64,000 nucleotides of DNA from Somniosus microcephalus (taxonomy: Eukaryota). The stretch spans positions 227,974,001 to 228,038,000 of the forward strand of contig CM126204.1 in assembly GCA_052327205.1 (NCBI GenBank). Reading direction: 5' to 3'. Under the pieces are notes generated by a model. The model searched no databases, was not told the DNA's origin, and was given only the letters and a program-made list of their open reading frames with translations. The position numbers and the translations under genes are program-made. Of the stretch, positions 38,291 to 52,266 are shown in pieces (positions within the stretch are counted from its first letter, which is position 1; every line of letters starts with the position of its first letter).

Positions 38291-41200
38291 ACATAGAAAC
38301 ATAGGAGCAGGAGTAGGCCATTCGGCCCCTCGAGCCTACTCGAGCCATTTAATGAGATGATGGCTGATCATCCAAATTCAGTACCCTGTCCCTGCTTTCT
38401 CCCCATATCCCTTGATCCCTTTAGCCTTAAGAAATATATCCAGCTCCTTCTTGAATACATTTAATGAATTGGCCTCAACTGCCTTCTGTGGTAGAGAAGT
38501 CCACAGGTTCACCACTCTCTGGGTGAAGAAATTCCTCCTCATCTCAGTCCTAAATGGCTTACCCCTTATCCTCAGACTGTGACTCCTGATTCTGGACTCC
38601 CCTTTCAATCGGGAACATCCTTCCTGCATCTAGTCTGTCTAGTCCTGTTAGAATTTTATAAGTTTCAATGAGATCCCCTCTCATTCTTCTAAACTCCAGC
38701 GAATATAAGCCCAATCGACCCAATCTCTCCTCATACGTCATTCCTGCCATCCCAGGTATCAGTCTGGTGAATCTTCGCTGCACTCCCTCCATGGCAAGAA
38801 CATCCTTCCTCAGCTAAGGCGACCAAAATTGCACACAATACTCAAGGTGTGGTCTCACCAAGGCCCTGTACAACTGCAGCAAGACACCTTTGCTCCTGTA
38901 CCTGAATCCTCTTACTATGAAGGCCAACATACCATTTGCCTTCTTAACCACCTGCTGAACCTGCATGCTTACCTTCAGCGACTGGTGCACAAGGACGCCC
39001 AGGTCGCGTTGCACTGCCCCTTCTCCCAATCTATTGCCGTTCAGATAATAATCTGCCTTCCTGTTTTTGCCACCAAAGTGGATAACCTCACATTTATCCA
39101 CATTAAACTACATCTGCCATGCATCTGCCCAATCACCCACCCTGTCCAAATCATACTGGAGTTTCTTGGCATCCTCCTCACAGCACACACGCCCACCCAG
39201 CTTTGTGTCATCTGCAAACTTGGAGATATTACATCTAGTTCCCTCATCCAGATCATTAATATATATTGTGAATAGCTGGGGTCCTAGCACAGATCCCTGC
39301 GGTACCCCACTAGTCACTGCCTGCCACTCGGAAAAAGACTCGTTTATTCCAACTCTTTGCTTCCCGTCTTCCAACCAGTTCTCTATCCAAGTCAGTACCT
39401 TACCCCCAATCCCATGTGCTTTAACTTTGCACGCTATTCTCTTACGCGGGACCTTATCGAAAGCCTTCTGAAAGTCCAAATACACCACATCCACTGGTTC
39501 TCCCTTATCTATTCTACCAGTTACATCCTCAAAAAATTCCAGTAGATTAGTCAAGCATGATTTACCTTTTGTAAATCCATGTTGACTTTATCCGATCCAG
39601 TCACTGTTTTTCAAGTGCTCTGCTATTACATCTTTTATAATGGACTCTAGCATTTTCCCCACGACCGATGTCAGGCTTACCAATCTATAATTCCCCGTTT
39701 TCTCTCTACCACCTTTTTTAAAGAGTAGGGTTACATTAGCTACCCTCCAATCCATGGGAATTGTGCCAGAGTCTATAGAATTTTGGAAGATGACTAGCAA
39801 TGCATCTACTATTTCTAGGGCCACTTCCTTAAGTACCCTAGGATGTAGATTATCAGGCCCGAGGGATTTATCAGCCTTCAATCCCATCAATTTCCCCAAC
39901 ACCATTTCCCTACAAATACTGATTTCATTCAGTTCCTCCCTCTCATTAGACCCTATGTTCCCCGACATCTCTGGGAGGTTATTTGTGTCCTCCTTTGTGG
40001 AGACAGAACCAAAGTATGTATTTAAATTGGTCTGCCATTTCTTTGTTGCCCATTATAAATTCCCGATTTTGATTGCAAGGGACCTACGCTTGACTTCACC
40101 AATCTTTTTCTCTTCACATATCTATAGAAGCTTTTACAGTCAGTTTTTATGGTCCCTACAAGCTTACTCTCATACTCTATTTTCCCCCTCTTAATTAATC
40201 CTTTTGTCCTCCTTTGCTGAATCCTAAACTGCTCCCAATCCTCTGGTTTGCTGCTTTTTCTGGCCAATTTATATGCCCTCTCCTTGGATCTTATGCTATC
40301 CCTAATTTCCCTCGTTAGCCACGGTTGCGCCAGCTTTTTTGTTTCATTTTTATGCCAGACAGGGATGAACAAATTCTGTAATTCATCCATGCGATCTTTA
40401 AATGTTTGCCATTGCCTATCCACCGTCAACCCTTAAAGTAACGTTCCCCAATCCATCCTAGCCAACTCGCGCCTCATACCATCGTAGTTTCCTTTATTTA
40501 AATTCCGGACCCTAGTCTGAGTCAACTACTTCACTCTCCATCTTAATTTAGAATTCTAACATATTATGATCGCTCCCCCCCAAGGGGCCTCGCACAACAA
40601 GATTGCTAATCAAGCCTTTCTCATTACATAATATCCAGTCTAAGATGGCCTGATCTCCAGTTGGTTCCTCGACATATTGGTCCAGGAAACCATCCCGTAT
40701 ACACTCTAGGAATTCCTCCTCCACAGTATTGTTACGAATTTGGTTAGCCCAATCTATATGTAGATTAAAGTCACCCATGATAACTGCTGTGCCCTTATTG
40801 CACTCATCTCTAACTTTCTGTTTAATGCCATTCCCAACCTCAGCATTACTGTTTGGGGGTCTGTATACAACTCCCACTAACGTTTTCTGCCCCTTGATAT
40901 TTCTCAGCTCTACCCATACAGATTCCACATCATCAGAGCCAATATCCTTCCTTTCTATTGTGTTAATCTCCTCTTTAACCAGCAATGCTACCCCACCTCC
41001 TTTTCATTTTTGCCTGTCCTTCCTGAATTTTGAATGCTCCTGGATGTTGAATTCCCAGCCTTGGTCACCCTGGAGCTATGTCTCCGTAATCCCAATTATA
41101 TCATATCCGTTTACATCTATTTGCGCAGCTAATTCATCCACCTTATTACGAATGCTCCTCGCATTAAGACACAAAGCCTTCAGGCTTGTTTTTTTTAACA

Positions 41201-42492
41201 CTCTTAGTCCTTTTAGAATTATTATTTACTGTAGCCCTGTTAGATTTACACATTTGATTTCTCTGCCTTCCACTTTTGCTTTTCTCCTTCCTGCCTTTTG
41301 CTTCTATCCTTGCTTCCCTTTCCTCTGTCTCCCTGCACAGGTTCCCAACCCCCTGCCATTTTAGCTTAAACCCTCCCCAACAGCACTAGCAAACACTCCC
41401 CCTAGGACATTGGTCCCGGTCCCGCCGAGGTACAAACCGTCCAGTTTGTACTGGTCCCACCTCCCCCAGAACTGGTTCCAATGTCCCAGGAATTTAAATC
41501 CCTCCCCCTTGCACCATTCCTCTAGCCACGTATTCATCCGAAATATCCTACTATTTCTACTCTGACTATCACATGGCACTGGTAGCAATCCTGAGATTAC
41601 TACCTTTGAGGTCCTATTTTTTAAATTTACCTCCGAACTCCTTATATTCAGCTTTTAGGACCTCATCCTGTTTTTTACCTATATCATTGATACCTATATG
41701 CACCACGACAGCTGGCTGTTCACCCTCCCCCTCCAGAATGCCCTGCAGCCGCCCCGAGACATCCTTGACCCTTGCACCAGAGAGGCAACATACCATCCTG
41801 GAGTCTCGTTTGCGGCCGCAGAAACGCCTATCTATTCCCCTTACAATAGAATCCACTATAGCTCTCCTGCTCTTTTTCCTCCCGTCCTGTGCAGCAGAAC
41901 CACCCATGGTGCCAGGAAGTTGACAACTGCTGCCTTCCCCCGATAAGCCATCTCCCCCAACAATATCCAAAGTGGTATATCTGTTTGAGAGAGGGATGGC
42001 CACAGGGGACCCCTGCACTACCTGCCTGCGCCTACGACTCTGCCTGGCAGTCACCCATTCCCTTCCTGCCTGTGCAGCCTTTACCTGCGGTGTGACCAAC
42101 TCCCTAAACGTGCTATCCACGATGTCCTCAGCATCGCGAATGCTCCAGTACGTATCCATTCGCAGCTCCAGCGCCGCAATACGGTCTGCCAGTAGCTGCA
42201 GCTGGATACACTTCCTGCACACATGGTTGTCAGGGACACAGGAAGTGTCCCTGATTTCCCACATAGTGCAGGAGGAGCATGCCACGGGGCCGAGCTGTGC
42301 TGCCATGACTTGCCCTTTAATTAATTCAAATTAAATTAAATCAAATCACTACCACTAATTACACTACAATTAAATTATATACTCAAGGGCCCTTGTTTAC
42401 GAGCACTCCCCACTACAGAACAGAGACCCTAGAAACTATAAACCACAAAAATTAGGTTTGGAAAAAAGCGAGAAAGAGAGAAATACTCACCA
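38291..42492 (-). mobile_element. Near full-length CR1 LINE (ORF1 zinc finger plus SGNH esterase; ORF2 EN-RT, frameshifted)
   Basis: ORF1 CSSC...CRKC, DSIVRG, VHIGIND, DGLYL; ORF2 fragments 38378-41360; CR1 tail. Confidence 0.95.
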
Positions 42493-42623
42493 AGATGAGC
42501 AATATTGGTTTCCAAGTCCCATATGGCTTTCAAATACAAGCCTGACTTCCAATGGAACTGAATGATGCCTATATCTGGGAACATTTGACAGAGGTAATGT
42601 TAAATAAAATGCAGAATTCATAC

Positions 42624-42759
42624 CTGGTACTAACTCATCAGGTTTTGCCTCAGTTGAGCTCTTGACTTTTAACTCTCGTGCTGGAGAAGAGCAGTCACTG
42701 GTCTTACTACATGGTGAGACTGGGGAAGATTGATCTGATGAAGTGAAGAGCACCTCTTC
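42624..42759 (-). CDS. ATF6: ATF6 coding exon (equivalent to human exon 5)
   Basis: ttttttaaacag|GAA...CCAG|gtatga; EEVLFTSSDQSSPVSPCSK...DELVP vs human EELDLSSSSQMSPLSLY; 136 nt, phase 0 to 1 fits neighbours. Confidence 0.85.
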
Positions 42760-42979
42760 CTGTTTAAAAAAAAAGATATTAACAAAATACTAATTGACAT
42801 TTTATGCACTTACGAGCACAGCTACCCTGATGTGCATTTTGGTAACTCTACCTTACTGATGATTTCAAAGCAATTGATTACATCTAAAGCATTTTGGGAT
42901 GTTTAAGCATCCAAGTTCTCCTTTCAATACTAAAGACACTGAATTCTTTAAGAGACTAAGAAATCCATGACGAGGGCCT

Positions 42980-43088
42980 TTCAGTTTTTAGTTCTGACAA
43001 GGGGTTACAAATGAACCGTGAACTTGTCGTCTCTTCACAGATGCTGACTGACCTGCTATATATTTCCAGTATTTTCCAATTTTACTTC
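42980..43088 (+). mobile_element. Old Penelope-like terminal fragment
   Basis: ttctgacaagggg...cacagatgctgactgacctgct...tttccagtatttt, similar to the reverse complement of 54240-54335. Confidence 0.55.
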
Positions 43089-43204
43089 TTACAACATGCT
43101 GACAGGTTTCCACATGTCACAGCCAGCTGACCAAAAGAACAGTCAAAGTACCAATGGACACAATGTTTGTCATTTGAAATTCCTTCTTTTTCTCTTCCGC
43201 TTGC

Positions 43205-44858
43205 CAGATTCTTACTTTGTCTCAGTCTTCACAGTTGAGGAAAAGGATAAAGTATTAGAGATACAGGAAAACTAAAACTAAATCAAGGGGAGGGACTTAC
43301 TAGATTTATTAGAAGTTAAAAAAATGGTAATGGAGGAAATGAGACAAAAGATAGATAAATCTCCAGGACCCGACGGTTTCAATCCCAAGTTATGAAAAGG
43401 AGGATGCTCGAGTCATGATCTTGTAAAACTCTCAATCCATTGCCCCCTTGGATTGGAAAATCGCCAATTTCACTCCATTATTTAAGAAAGGGAGGAGAGA
43501 GAAACTAGGGAATTATAGGCCCATTAGTCTAATGCCGGTTGTGACGAAGTTACTAGAATCTGTTATTAGGGACAGAGTGACTGAGCACTTGGGACAAATC
43601 TGAACTGATCAGAGAGGCAACATGGATTTATAAAGGGCAAGTCATGTCTAATTAACCTAGTTGAATTTTTTGAACAGGTAACTAAAGTGGTACATAAAGA
43701 AGTACCTATGGTTCATTTATATGGACTTCCAGAAGGCATTCGGTACCCATTCAGTAACGTTCCACACAACAAAAATGAGTGTGCATGCAATTGGAGGCAA
43801 CCTGTTGACATGCGTAGGGAATTGCTAAGGAGGTAGGAAACAGAGAGTAGGTATAATGGCTATGTACTCAAATTGGCAGGATGTGACGAGTGGTGTCCTC
43901 CAGGGATCTGTACAGGGGCCTCAGCTTTTCATTAGATATATAAATCACTTAGACGAAGGAAGAGAGAGCCATATATCCAAGTTTGCTGATGATTCTAAGT
44001 TACGTGGCACAGTAAATAGTGTAGATCAAAGCAGAAAGTTGCAAAGGGACATCAATAGATTAAATGAGCAGGCAAAATTGTGTCAGATGGAATTTAATGT
44101 GGGCAAGTGTGAGGTCATCCACTTTGGACCCAAGAAAGGTACTTGATTATTTTCTAAATGGTGAGAAGCTCCGAACTGTGGAGGAGCAGACAGATTTAGG
44201 GATCCATATACAAAAATCACTAAAAGGTAGTGAACAGGTACAAAAAAATAATCGAAGAGGCGAATGGAATGTTGGCCTTTAACTCAAGGGGGCTGGAACA
44301 CAAAAGGGTAGAAGTTATATTACGGTTATATAAAGCTCTGGGTTAGACTTCATCTGTCGTAGTGTTCAGTTTTGGGCACTGCATCTCAGGAAGGATATAT
44401 TGGCCTTGTGCAGATCCAACAGAATGATACAGCGGTTAAGAGTTAAATTATGAGGACAGGTTGTATAGACTAGATGAGTATTCCCTGGAGGATAGAATAT
44501 TAAGGGGGAATCTAATTGATGTATTTGTGATGATTAAAGGATTTGATAGGATATATAGAGATAAACTATTTCCACTGATGGGAGTCCAGAACAAGGGGGC
44601 ATATCCTTAAAATTAGAGCTAGCCTAGCCCGTTCAGGGGTGATGTCAGGAAGCACTTCTTCACACAAAGGGCAACAGGAATCTGGAACTCTCTTCCCCAA
44701 AAAGCTGTTGAGGCTAGGTCAATTGAGAATTTTAAAACTGATATTGCTCGGTTTTTGTTGGGCAAGGGTATTAAGGGTTACAGAACCAAGGCAGGTACAT
44801 GGAGTAAGATACAGATGGCTACGATCTAACTGAATGGCAGACCAGGCTCGATAGGCTA
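43205..44858 (+). mobile_element. Degraded CR1 ORF2 fragment
   Basis: SGVLQGSVQGP...KFADDSK, many stops and indels. Confidence 0.88.
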
Positions 44859-45815
44859 AACATAAGACGTAGGAGCAGGAGTAGGTCATTCAGCCCCTCG
44901 AGCTTGCTCCGCCATTCAATAAGATCATGGCCGATCTGATCTTGGCCTCAACTCCACTTCCCTGCCCACTCCCCATAACCCTCGACTCCCTTACCACTCA
45001 AATATCTGTCTATCTCCACCATAAATATATTCAATGACCCAGCCTCCACAGCTCTCTGCAGAAGGGAATTCCAAAGATTCACGACCCTCAGAGAAGAAAT
45101 TCCTCCTCATTTCGGATTTAAAAGGGTGCCTCCTTATTCTGAAATTATGCCCCCTAGTTCTAGATTCCCCCACGACGGGAAACATCCTCTCTGCATCTAC
45201 CCTGTCAAGCCCCTTCAGAATCTTATATGTTTCAATAAGATCCCCTCTCATTCTTCTAAACTTCAATGAGTATAGGCCCAACCTGCTCAAACTTTCTTCA
45301 TTAGAGAACCGCTTCATCTCCGGAATTAACCTCGTGAACCTTCTCTGAACTGCCTCTAATGCAAGTATATTCTTCCTTAAATAAGGAGACCAAAACTGTT
45401 CGCAGTACTCCAGGTGTGGTCTCACCAGCGCCCTGTACAGTTATAACAGGACTTCCCTACTTTTATACTCCATTCCCTTTGCAATAAAGGCCAACACTCC
45501 ATTTGCTTTCCTAATTACTTGCTGCACCTGCATGCTAACCTTTTGTGATTCATGTACAAGGACCCCCAGATCCCCCTGTACCTCAGCATTTAGTAATCTC
45601 TCCCCATTAAAATAATAATTTGCTTTTTTATTTTTCCTACCAAAGTGGATAACCTCGCATTTTCCCACATTAAACTCCATCTGCCAGATTTTTGCCCACT
45701 CACTTAGCCTATCTATATCCCTTTGGAGATTCTTTGCGTCCTCCACACAATTTGCTTTCCCACCTATCTTTATATCGTCAGCAAATTGGGCTACATTACA
45801 CTCGATCCCTTCATC

Positions 45816-48800
45816 GGCATCAGCAGCGGGTGGAGGCGGCGCAGCGCGGCAGAGCGACTACAAGAGGCCCCAGAGGCTCAGGTAGGCCTCCGTGCGGCAT
45901 CGGCAGCGGGTGGAGGCGGAGCAGCGCGGCAGAGCGACTACAAGAGGCCCCAGAGGCTCAGGTAGGCCTCACCAATCTCCAATCTCAGGCAAGGAGAGAG
46001 GTCAAAAGTATTCAAGGTGTGACGTCACCACAAAACAGGTAGGTGATTGGTTGGAGTATTTCTCTCGTTTTAAAACTTTAAGTCTGTGGTTTATAGTTTT
46101 TAAGGTTGCTGTGGTGTACCAAGGCCTTTCTGGTGCAGAGTGACTGTTGGTAAACCATTTAACTGGTGTAACTAGAGGGATTGATTTAATTTAAATCCAA
46201 TTAATTAAAGGGGATACTAGCATCTAAAATCGGGCAGAGGGTGTCCATAACTAACAATAAAAAATTAAATTAGTTAAATAGAATGGAGCAGGTGATGTGT
46301 TACTGTTGCGAGATGTGGGAGCCGGTGAACTCCATTGAGGCTCACGGTGATTACGTCTGTGACAAGTGTCTGCTGCTACAGGAACTCCAGCTCCGTGTTG
46401 ATGAGCTGGAGTCTGAGCTTCAGACACTGCGACACATCAGGGAGGGGGAGAAGTACCTGGACTCTGTGTATCAGGAGGTGGTCAAACCTATGAAGTTAAT
46501 TAATTCAGATGTAGCCCATGGTCAGGGACAGGACGGTGTGACTACGAGTGAGGCAGGTACGGGGATCCAGGAGGTAGAGCTGGAGGAGCCGCAGCCCTTG
46601 CTCTTGACCAACAGGTTCGAGGTTCTTACTCCCTGTGGGGACAGGAGCAGGGACTGCAGGGAGGATGAGCAACCTGGCCACAGCACCGTGGAACAGGGGG
46701 CCATTCAAGAGGGGGGAGTAAATAGAAATGTTGTAGTGGTAGGGGATAGTATTATTAGGGGGATAGATAGAGTTCTCTGCAGCCGAGAGCGAGAGTCCCG
46801 AAGGTTCTGTTGCCTACCCGGTGCCAGGGTTAAGGACATCTCCTCTGGGCTGGAAAGAAACTTGCAGTGGGAGGGGGTGGATCCAGTTGTCGTGGTCCAT
46901 GTTGGTACAAACGACGTAGATAGGACTAGGAAGCCGGTTCTGTTAAAGGAGTATGAGCAGCTAGGGGTCAAATTAAAAAACAGAACCACAAGGGTAATAA
47001 TCTCTGGATTATTACCTGAGCCACAAGCGAATTTGGCTAGGACAAATAAAATTAGAGAGTTAAATGCGTGGCTCAAAGACTGGTGTGGGAGAAATGGGTT
47101 TTGCTTCCTGGGACACTGGCACCAGTACTGGGGCAGGAGGGAGCTGTTCCGTTGGGACGGGCTTCACTTGGCCAGTGCTGGGACTAGAGTCCTGGCGGAT
47201 TATATAACTAGGGCTGTAGAGAGGGCTTTAAACTAACTAGTGGGGGGGAGGTTCCTAGAGAGCAAATAATAAATGACAACAGAGAAGGTCATAGACTTAG
47301 GTAGCAGTGGGGAAATTAAAAAACCAGAGTGTGTCAGGAAGGGACAGAAGGTATGGAGTAAAAGGTAAAGTAATAAAAAGGGCAAAAGCAGGAACTAAGT
47401 GTCACAAAACATATTTGAAAGTTCTCTATCTGAATGCACATAGCATTCGTAACAAAATAGACGAGTTAATGGCACAAATAACTACATATGGGTATGATCT
47501 TGTGGCCATTACAGAAACATGGCTGCAGGGTGACAATGCCTGGGAATTAAACATACCAGGTTATTTAACGATCAGGAAGGACAGGCAGGAAGGAAGGGGA
47601 GGTGGGGTGGCTATGTTAATAAAGGAATCACTGTAATACAGAGAAATGATATTGGGTCAAAAGATCAGGATAATGAAACAGTTTGGGTGGAGGTAAGGAA
47701 TAATAAGGGGAAAAAAACACTAGTGGGCGTAGTCTATAGGCCTCCGAACAGTGGCAACTCTGTTGGACGGAGTATCAATCAGGAAATAGTTGAGGCTTGT
47801 AATAAGGGAACATCTAGAATTATGGGGGATTTTAACTATCATATTAATTGGACAAATCAAATTGGGCAGGGCTGCCTTGAGGATGAGTTCATTGAGTGTA
47901 TGAGGGATGGGTTTCTTGAGCAGTATGTAACTGAACCGACCAGGGGGCAAGCAACCTTAGATCTGGTCCTGTGTAACGAGACAGGATTAATTAAAAATGT
48001 CCTAGTAAAGGATCCCCTTGGAATGAGTGACCATAACATGGTTGAATTCCATATTCAATTAGAGGGCGAGAAGGTTGAATCTCAAACAAGCGTGCTAAGC
48101 TTGAATAAAGGAGACTATGAAGGTATGAGAGCGGAATTGAGTAGAGTGGATTGGGAAAATAGATTAAAGGGTAAGACGATACATGATCAGTGGTGTACAT
48201 TTAAGGAGTTATTTTACAACTTCCAAAAAGTATATATTCCACTGAGAAGAAAAGGGTGTAAAAGAAAAGACAGCCATCCGTGGCTAAGTAAAGAAATTAA
48301 TGATAGTATTCGACTAAAAACAAGGGCATATAAGGTAGCCAAATCTAGTGGGAGGATAGAGGATTGGGAAAACTTTAAAAGACAGCAAAAAATAACAAAA
48401 AGATTGATTAAGAAAGGGAAGATAGATTATGAAAGTAAATTAGCAAAAAATATAAAAACAGATAGTAAGAGTTTTTACAGTTATATAAAAAGAAAAAGGG
48501 TGGCTAAAGTAAATGTTGGTCCCTTAGAGGATGAGACCGGGAAATTAATGGTGGGAAATATGGAGATGGCAAAAACACTGAATGAATATTTTGTATCAGT
48601 CTTTACAGTAGAAGACACTAAGAATATCCCAACACTGGACAGAGGGCTATAGGGGGGGAGGAGCTAAACACGATCAAAATCACTAAGGAAGTGGTACTCG
48701 GTAAAATAATGGGACTCAAGGCGGATAAATCACCTGGACCTGATGGCTTACATCCTAGGGTCTTGAGGGAAGTGGCGGTAGGGATTGTGGATGCATTGGT

Positions 48801-50439
48801 AATAATTTTCCAAAACTCCCTGGAATCAGCAAAGGTCCCGGCAGACTGGAAAACTGCTAATGTAACGCCCTTATTTAAAAAGGGCGGTAGACAGAAGGCT
48901 GGAAACTATAGACCGGTTAGCCTAACATCTGTGGTAGGTAAAATATTGGAGTCCATTATTAAGGAGACAGTAACAGGACATTTGGATAATCATAATTTAA
49001 TAGGACAAAGTCAGCATGGTTTTATGAAGGGGAAGTCATGTTTGACAAATTTGCTGGAGTTCTTTGAGGAAGTAACATATAGGGTGGATAAAGGGGAACC
49101 AGTGGACGTAGTGTATTTAGACTTCCAAAAGGCATTTGACAAGGTGCCACACAAAAGATTATTGTTTAAGATAAAAAATCACGGGATTGGGGGTAATATT
49201 CTGGCATGGATAGAGGATTGGCTATCTTACAGAAAGCAGAGAGTTGAGATAAATGGTTCATTCTCGGACTGGCAATCAGTAACTAGTGGTGTTCCACAGG
49301 GGTCAGTGCTGGGTCCCCAACTCTTTACAATCTATATTAACGATTTGGAGGAGGGGACCGAGTGCAACATATCAAAGTTTGCAGATGATACTAAGATGGG
49401 AAGGAAAGTAGTGAGTGAGGAGGACATAAAAAACCTGCAAGGGGACATAGACAGGCTAAGTAAAATTTGGCAGATGGAATACAATACTGGAAAAAGTGTG
49501 AGGTTATGCACTTTGGCAGGAAAAATCGTAGAGCAAGTTATTATCTTAATGGCAAGAAACTGGAAAGTACTGAAGTACAAAGGGATCTGGGGGTCCTGGT
49601 GCATGAAACTCAAAAGGTTAGTATGCAGGTGCAGCAAGTGATTAAGAAGGCCAATGGAATGTTGGCTTTCATTGCTAAGGGGATAGAATATAAAAATAGG
49701 GAGGTATTGCTTCAGTTGTACAAGGTATTGGTGAGACCGCACCTGGAATACTGCATACAGTTTTGGTGTCCATACTTAAGAAAAGACATACTTGCTCTCG
49801 AGTCAGTACAAAGAAGGTTCACTCGGTTAATCCCGGGGATGAGGGGATGGACATATGAGGAGAGGTTGAGTAGATTGGGACTCTACTCATTGGAGTTCAG
49901 AAGAATGAGAGGCGATCTTATTGAAACATATAAGATTGTGAAGGGGTTGGATCGGGTGGATGCGGGGAGGATGTTCCCGATGATGGGTGAAACTAGAACT
50001 AGGGGGCATAGTCTTAGAATAAGGGGCTGCTCATTCAAAACTGAGATGAGGAGGAACTACTTCACTCAGAGGGTGGTAGGTCCATGGAATATGCTGCCCC
50101 AAAAAGCTGTAGAAGCTACATCATTACATAAATTTAAAACAGAAATAGACAGTTTCCTAGAAGTAAAGGGAATAAAGGGTTATGGGGAACGGGCAGGAAT
50201 TTGGACATGAGTCTAGGTTCGGATCGGACATGGCCCTGTGGGTAGCGGAGCGGGCCCAGGGGCCATGTAGCCTGATCCTGCTCCTATTTCGTGTGTCTAA
50301 TTCTGTTAGATTCAGGAGATGGTTCAGTGATAGTAGATTGGCGGTTAGGATCAGATCAGCCATGATCTTATTGAATGGCGGAGCAGGCTCGAGGGGCCGA
50401 TTGGCCTACACCTGCTCCTATTTCTTATGTTCTTATGTT
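45816..50439 (+). mobile_element. Full-length CR1 LINE with tandem 5' UTR repeats, intact ORF1 and ORF2 with few frameshifts
   Basis: ORF1 46283-47236; ORF2 pieces 47307-50210; tail cttatgttcttatgtt. Confidence 0.95.
46283..47236 (+). CDS. CR1 ORF1 protein (Zn finger, coiled coil, SGNH esterase)
   Basis: CYCC...CDKC, GDSIIRG, VHVGTND, DGLHL; uninterrupted 317 aa. Confidence 0.88.
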   Translation: MEQVMCYCCEMWEPVNSIEAHGDYVCDKCLLLQELQLRVDELESELQTLRHIREGEKYLDSVYQEVVKPMKLINSDVAHGQGQDGVTTSEAGTGIQEVELEEPQPLLLTNRFEVLTPCGDRSRDCREDEQPGHSTVEQGAIQEGGVNRNVVVVGDSIIRGIDRVLCSRERESRRFCCLPGARVKDISSGLERNLQWEGVDPVVVVHVGTNDVDRTRKPVLLKEYEQLGVKLKNRTTRVIISGLLPEPQANLARTNKIRELNAWLKDWCGRNGFCFLGHWHQYWGRRELFRWDGLHLASAGTRVLADYITRAVERALN

Positions 50440-51485
50440 ATCCAAGTCATTAATATAAATTGTAAATAGTTGAGGCCCCAGCACCGATCCCTGCGGCACC
50501 CCACTAGTTACAGTTTGCCAACCTGAAAATGACCCATTTATCCCGACTCTCTATTTCCTGTTAGTTAGCCAATCCTCTATCCATGCTAATATATTACCCC
50601 CAACCCAGTGAGCTCTTATCTTGTGTAGTAACCTTTTATGTGGCACCTTATCGAATGCCTTCTGGATATCCAAATACACGACAGCTACTGGTTCCCCTTT
50701 ATCCACCCTGCGCGTTCCATCCTCAAAGAACTCCAGCAAATTTGTCAAACATGATTTCCCTTTCATAAAACCATGCTGACTCTGCTTGACTATATTATGA
50801 TTTTTTAAATGTCCTGCTATCACTTTCTTAATGATGGACTCCAGCATTTTCCCAATGACAGAGGTTAGGCTAACTGGTCGATAGTTCCCTGTTTTCTGTC
50901 TCCTTCCTTTCTTAAATAGGGGCGTTACATTTGCGGTTTTCCAGTCTGCTGGGACCTCTCCAGAATCCAGGGAATTTTGGTAGATTACAACCAATGCATC
51001 CACTATCTCTGCAGCCACCTCTTTAAGACTCTAGGATGCAGGTCATCGAGTCCAGGAGACTTGTCCACCTTTAGTCCCATTAGTTTGCCTCGTACTTTCT
51101 CTCTAGTAATAGTATTAAGTTCCCCCCCCCACCCCAATAACCCCTTGATTATCCATTATTGGGATGCTTTTAGTGTCTTCTACCGTGAAGAATACTCCTT
51201 TTCCTACATTCCTACTGGCCTGCCGCATATTATAGTTTTATTTCACACAACTGGCACTCGGTTTTTCTTTTCATTGCGTCATTTAAGGGATGCTGTTTAC
51301 AAGGACCGATAACGATAACACAGAGTTTGACAGTTCAGTGGTGTAACTACATAAACCGCCGTTTACAGCTAGCATGCCTGAAGACATGAAGGAAGCTTTA
51401 AAAAAGTAATGTTGTGGTTTTGGTGACTGCTCTTGGCAGCCAAAACTAATAAAGATTAGGACCAATAGTAGCAGAAATTACTTAC

Positions 51486-51565
51486 ATGCTGCAAAGTTGA
51501 ATTTGCAGGAGAAGGCACTGAACAGCTCGAAGCTGGAGACAGAGGCTCGGATTTCATCTGTGTAT
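51486..51565 (-). CDS. ATF6: ATF6 coding exon (equivalent to human exon 4)
   Basis: tctttctgtgtag|AT...CAT|gtaagt; (D)TQMKSEPLSPASSCSVPSPANSTLQH vs human [21 protein letters not shown]...STQH; phase 1 to 0. Confidence 0.9.
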
Positions 51566-51898
51566 CTACACAGAAAGACAAGCACACACATCATGCACAT
51601 TAACATATTTATAACGTTGCAAATCACTCATCCCACCCAAGTTTTCAGCTCGTGCCCGACAATACAGTGAGGGCGCTAAATTTATGAATAAATATACCTG
51701 AAAAAGGATCAACATACCAAGAGGCAGCTATTTTCTCTAATAGAGTTCTTTCAACTGAAATAAAGATCAGAAGTAACACTACATTTTAGACATGACACCA
51801 ATACTGATGGTCTTTTCTCACCAGGCAGGTTACAAATAATACATATTTAATCTCATCTACAATTAGCAGGTGTGTCAGGTAGAAAATGCATTCACTGG

Positions 51899-52012
51899 TG
51901 TCAGGCTTGGCTCAGTGGTAGTACGCTCACCTCAGAGCCAGGAGGTTGTGGAGCCCCACTCCAGCGACTGCAGCACGTAATCCAGACTGACACTTCAATG
52001 CAGCACTAAACC
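51899..52012 (+). mobile_element. tRNA-derived SINE fragment
   Basis: tggctcagtggtag A box; similar to 6436-6560. Confidence 0.6.
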
Positions 52013-52266
52013 AGGCCAATCACTCAGCAGTGCAGATAAACACAAACATTCTTACCACAGTTTTGTTCTGGACCATCACACGTCTAAGATCCAGATCTAA
52101 GGACCATCTTCGAGAGTCCACCCTCAACTTTGTCTGCCTCTGATAATCTTTTTCTCTGCTCTTTTCACACTTGGTGGTATTCTGTACAGCCTTTCACCCA
52201 GGCTTCACAGAAATAAATTAAAATATCACGTAATTCTAATCACTGTAAATGATGAGGAGCAGATAC

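Larger units (their letters stand above)
44859..51190 (-). mobile_element. CR1 LINE split by a full-length CR1 insertion (parts 44859-45815 and 50440-51190)
   Basis: RT fragments 50551-51018 continue at 45441-45800; ATC duplicated at the junctions. Confidence 0.9.

Noticed and set aside
42491-42574. Possible extra in-frame 84-nt ATF6 exon (cccag|ATA...TTG|gtgagt)
   Set aside because: It would need a 49-nt intron, and the peptide has no ATF6 similarity
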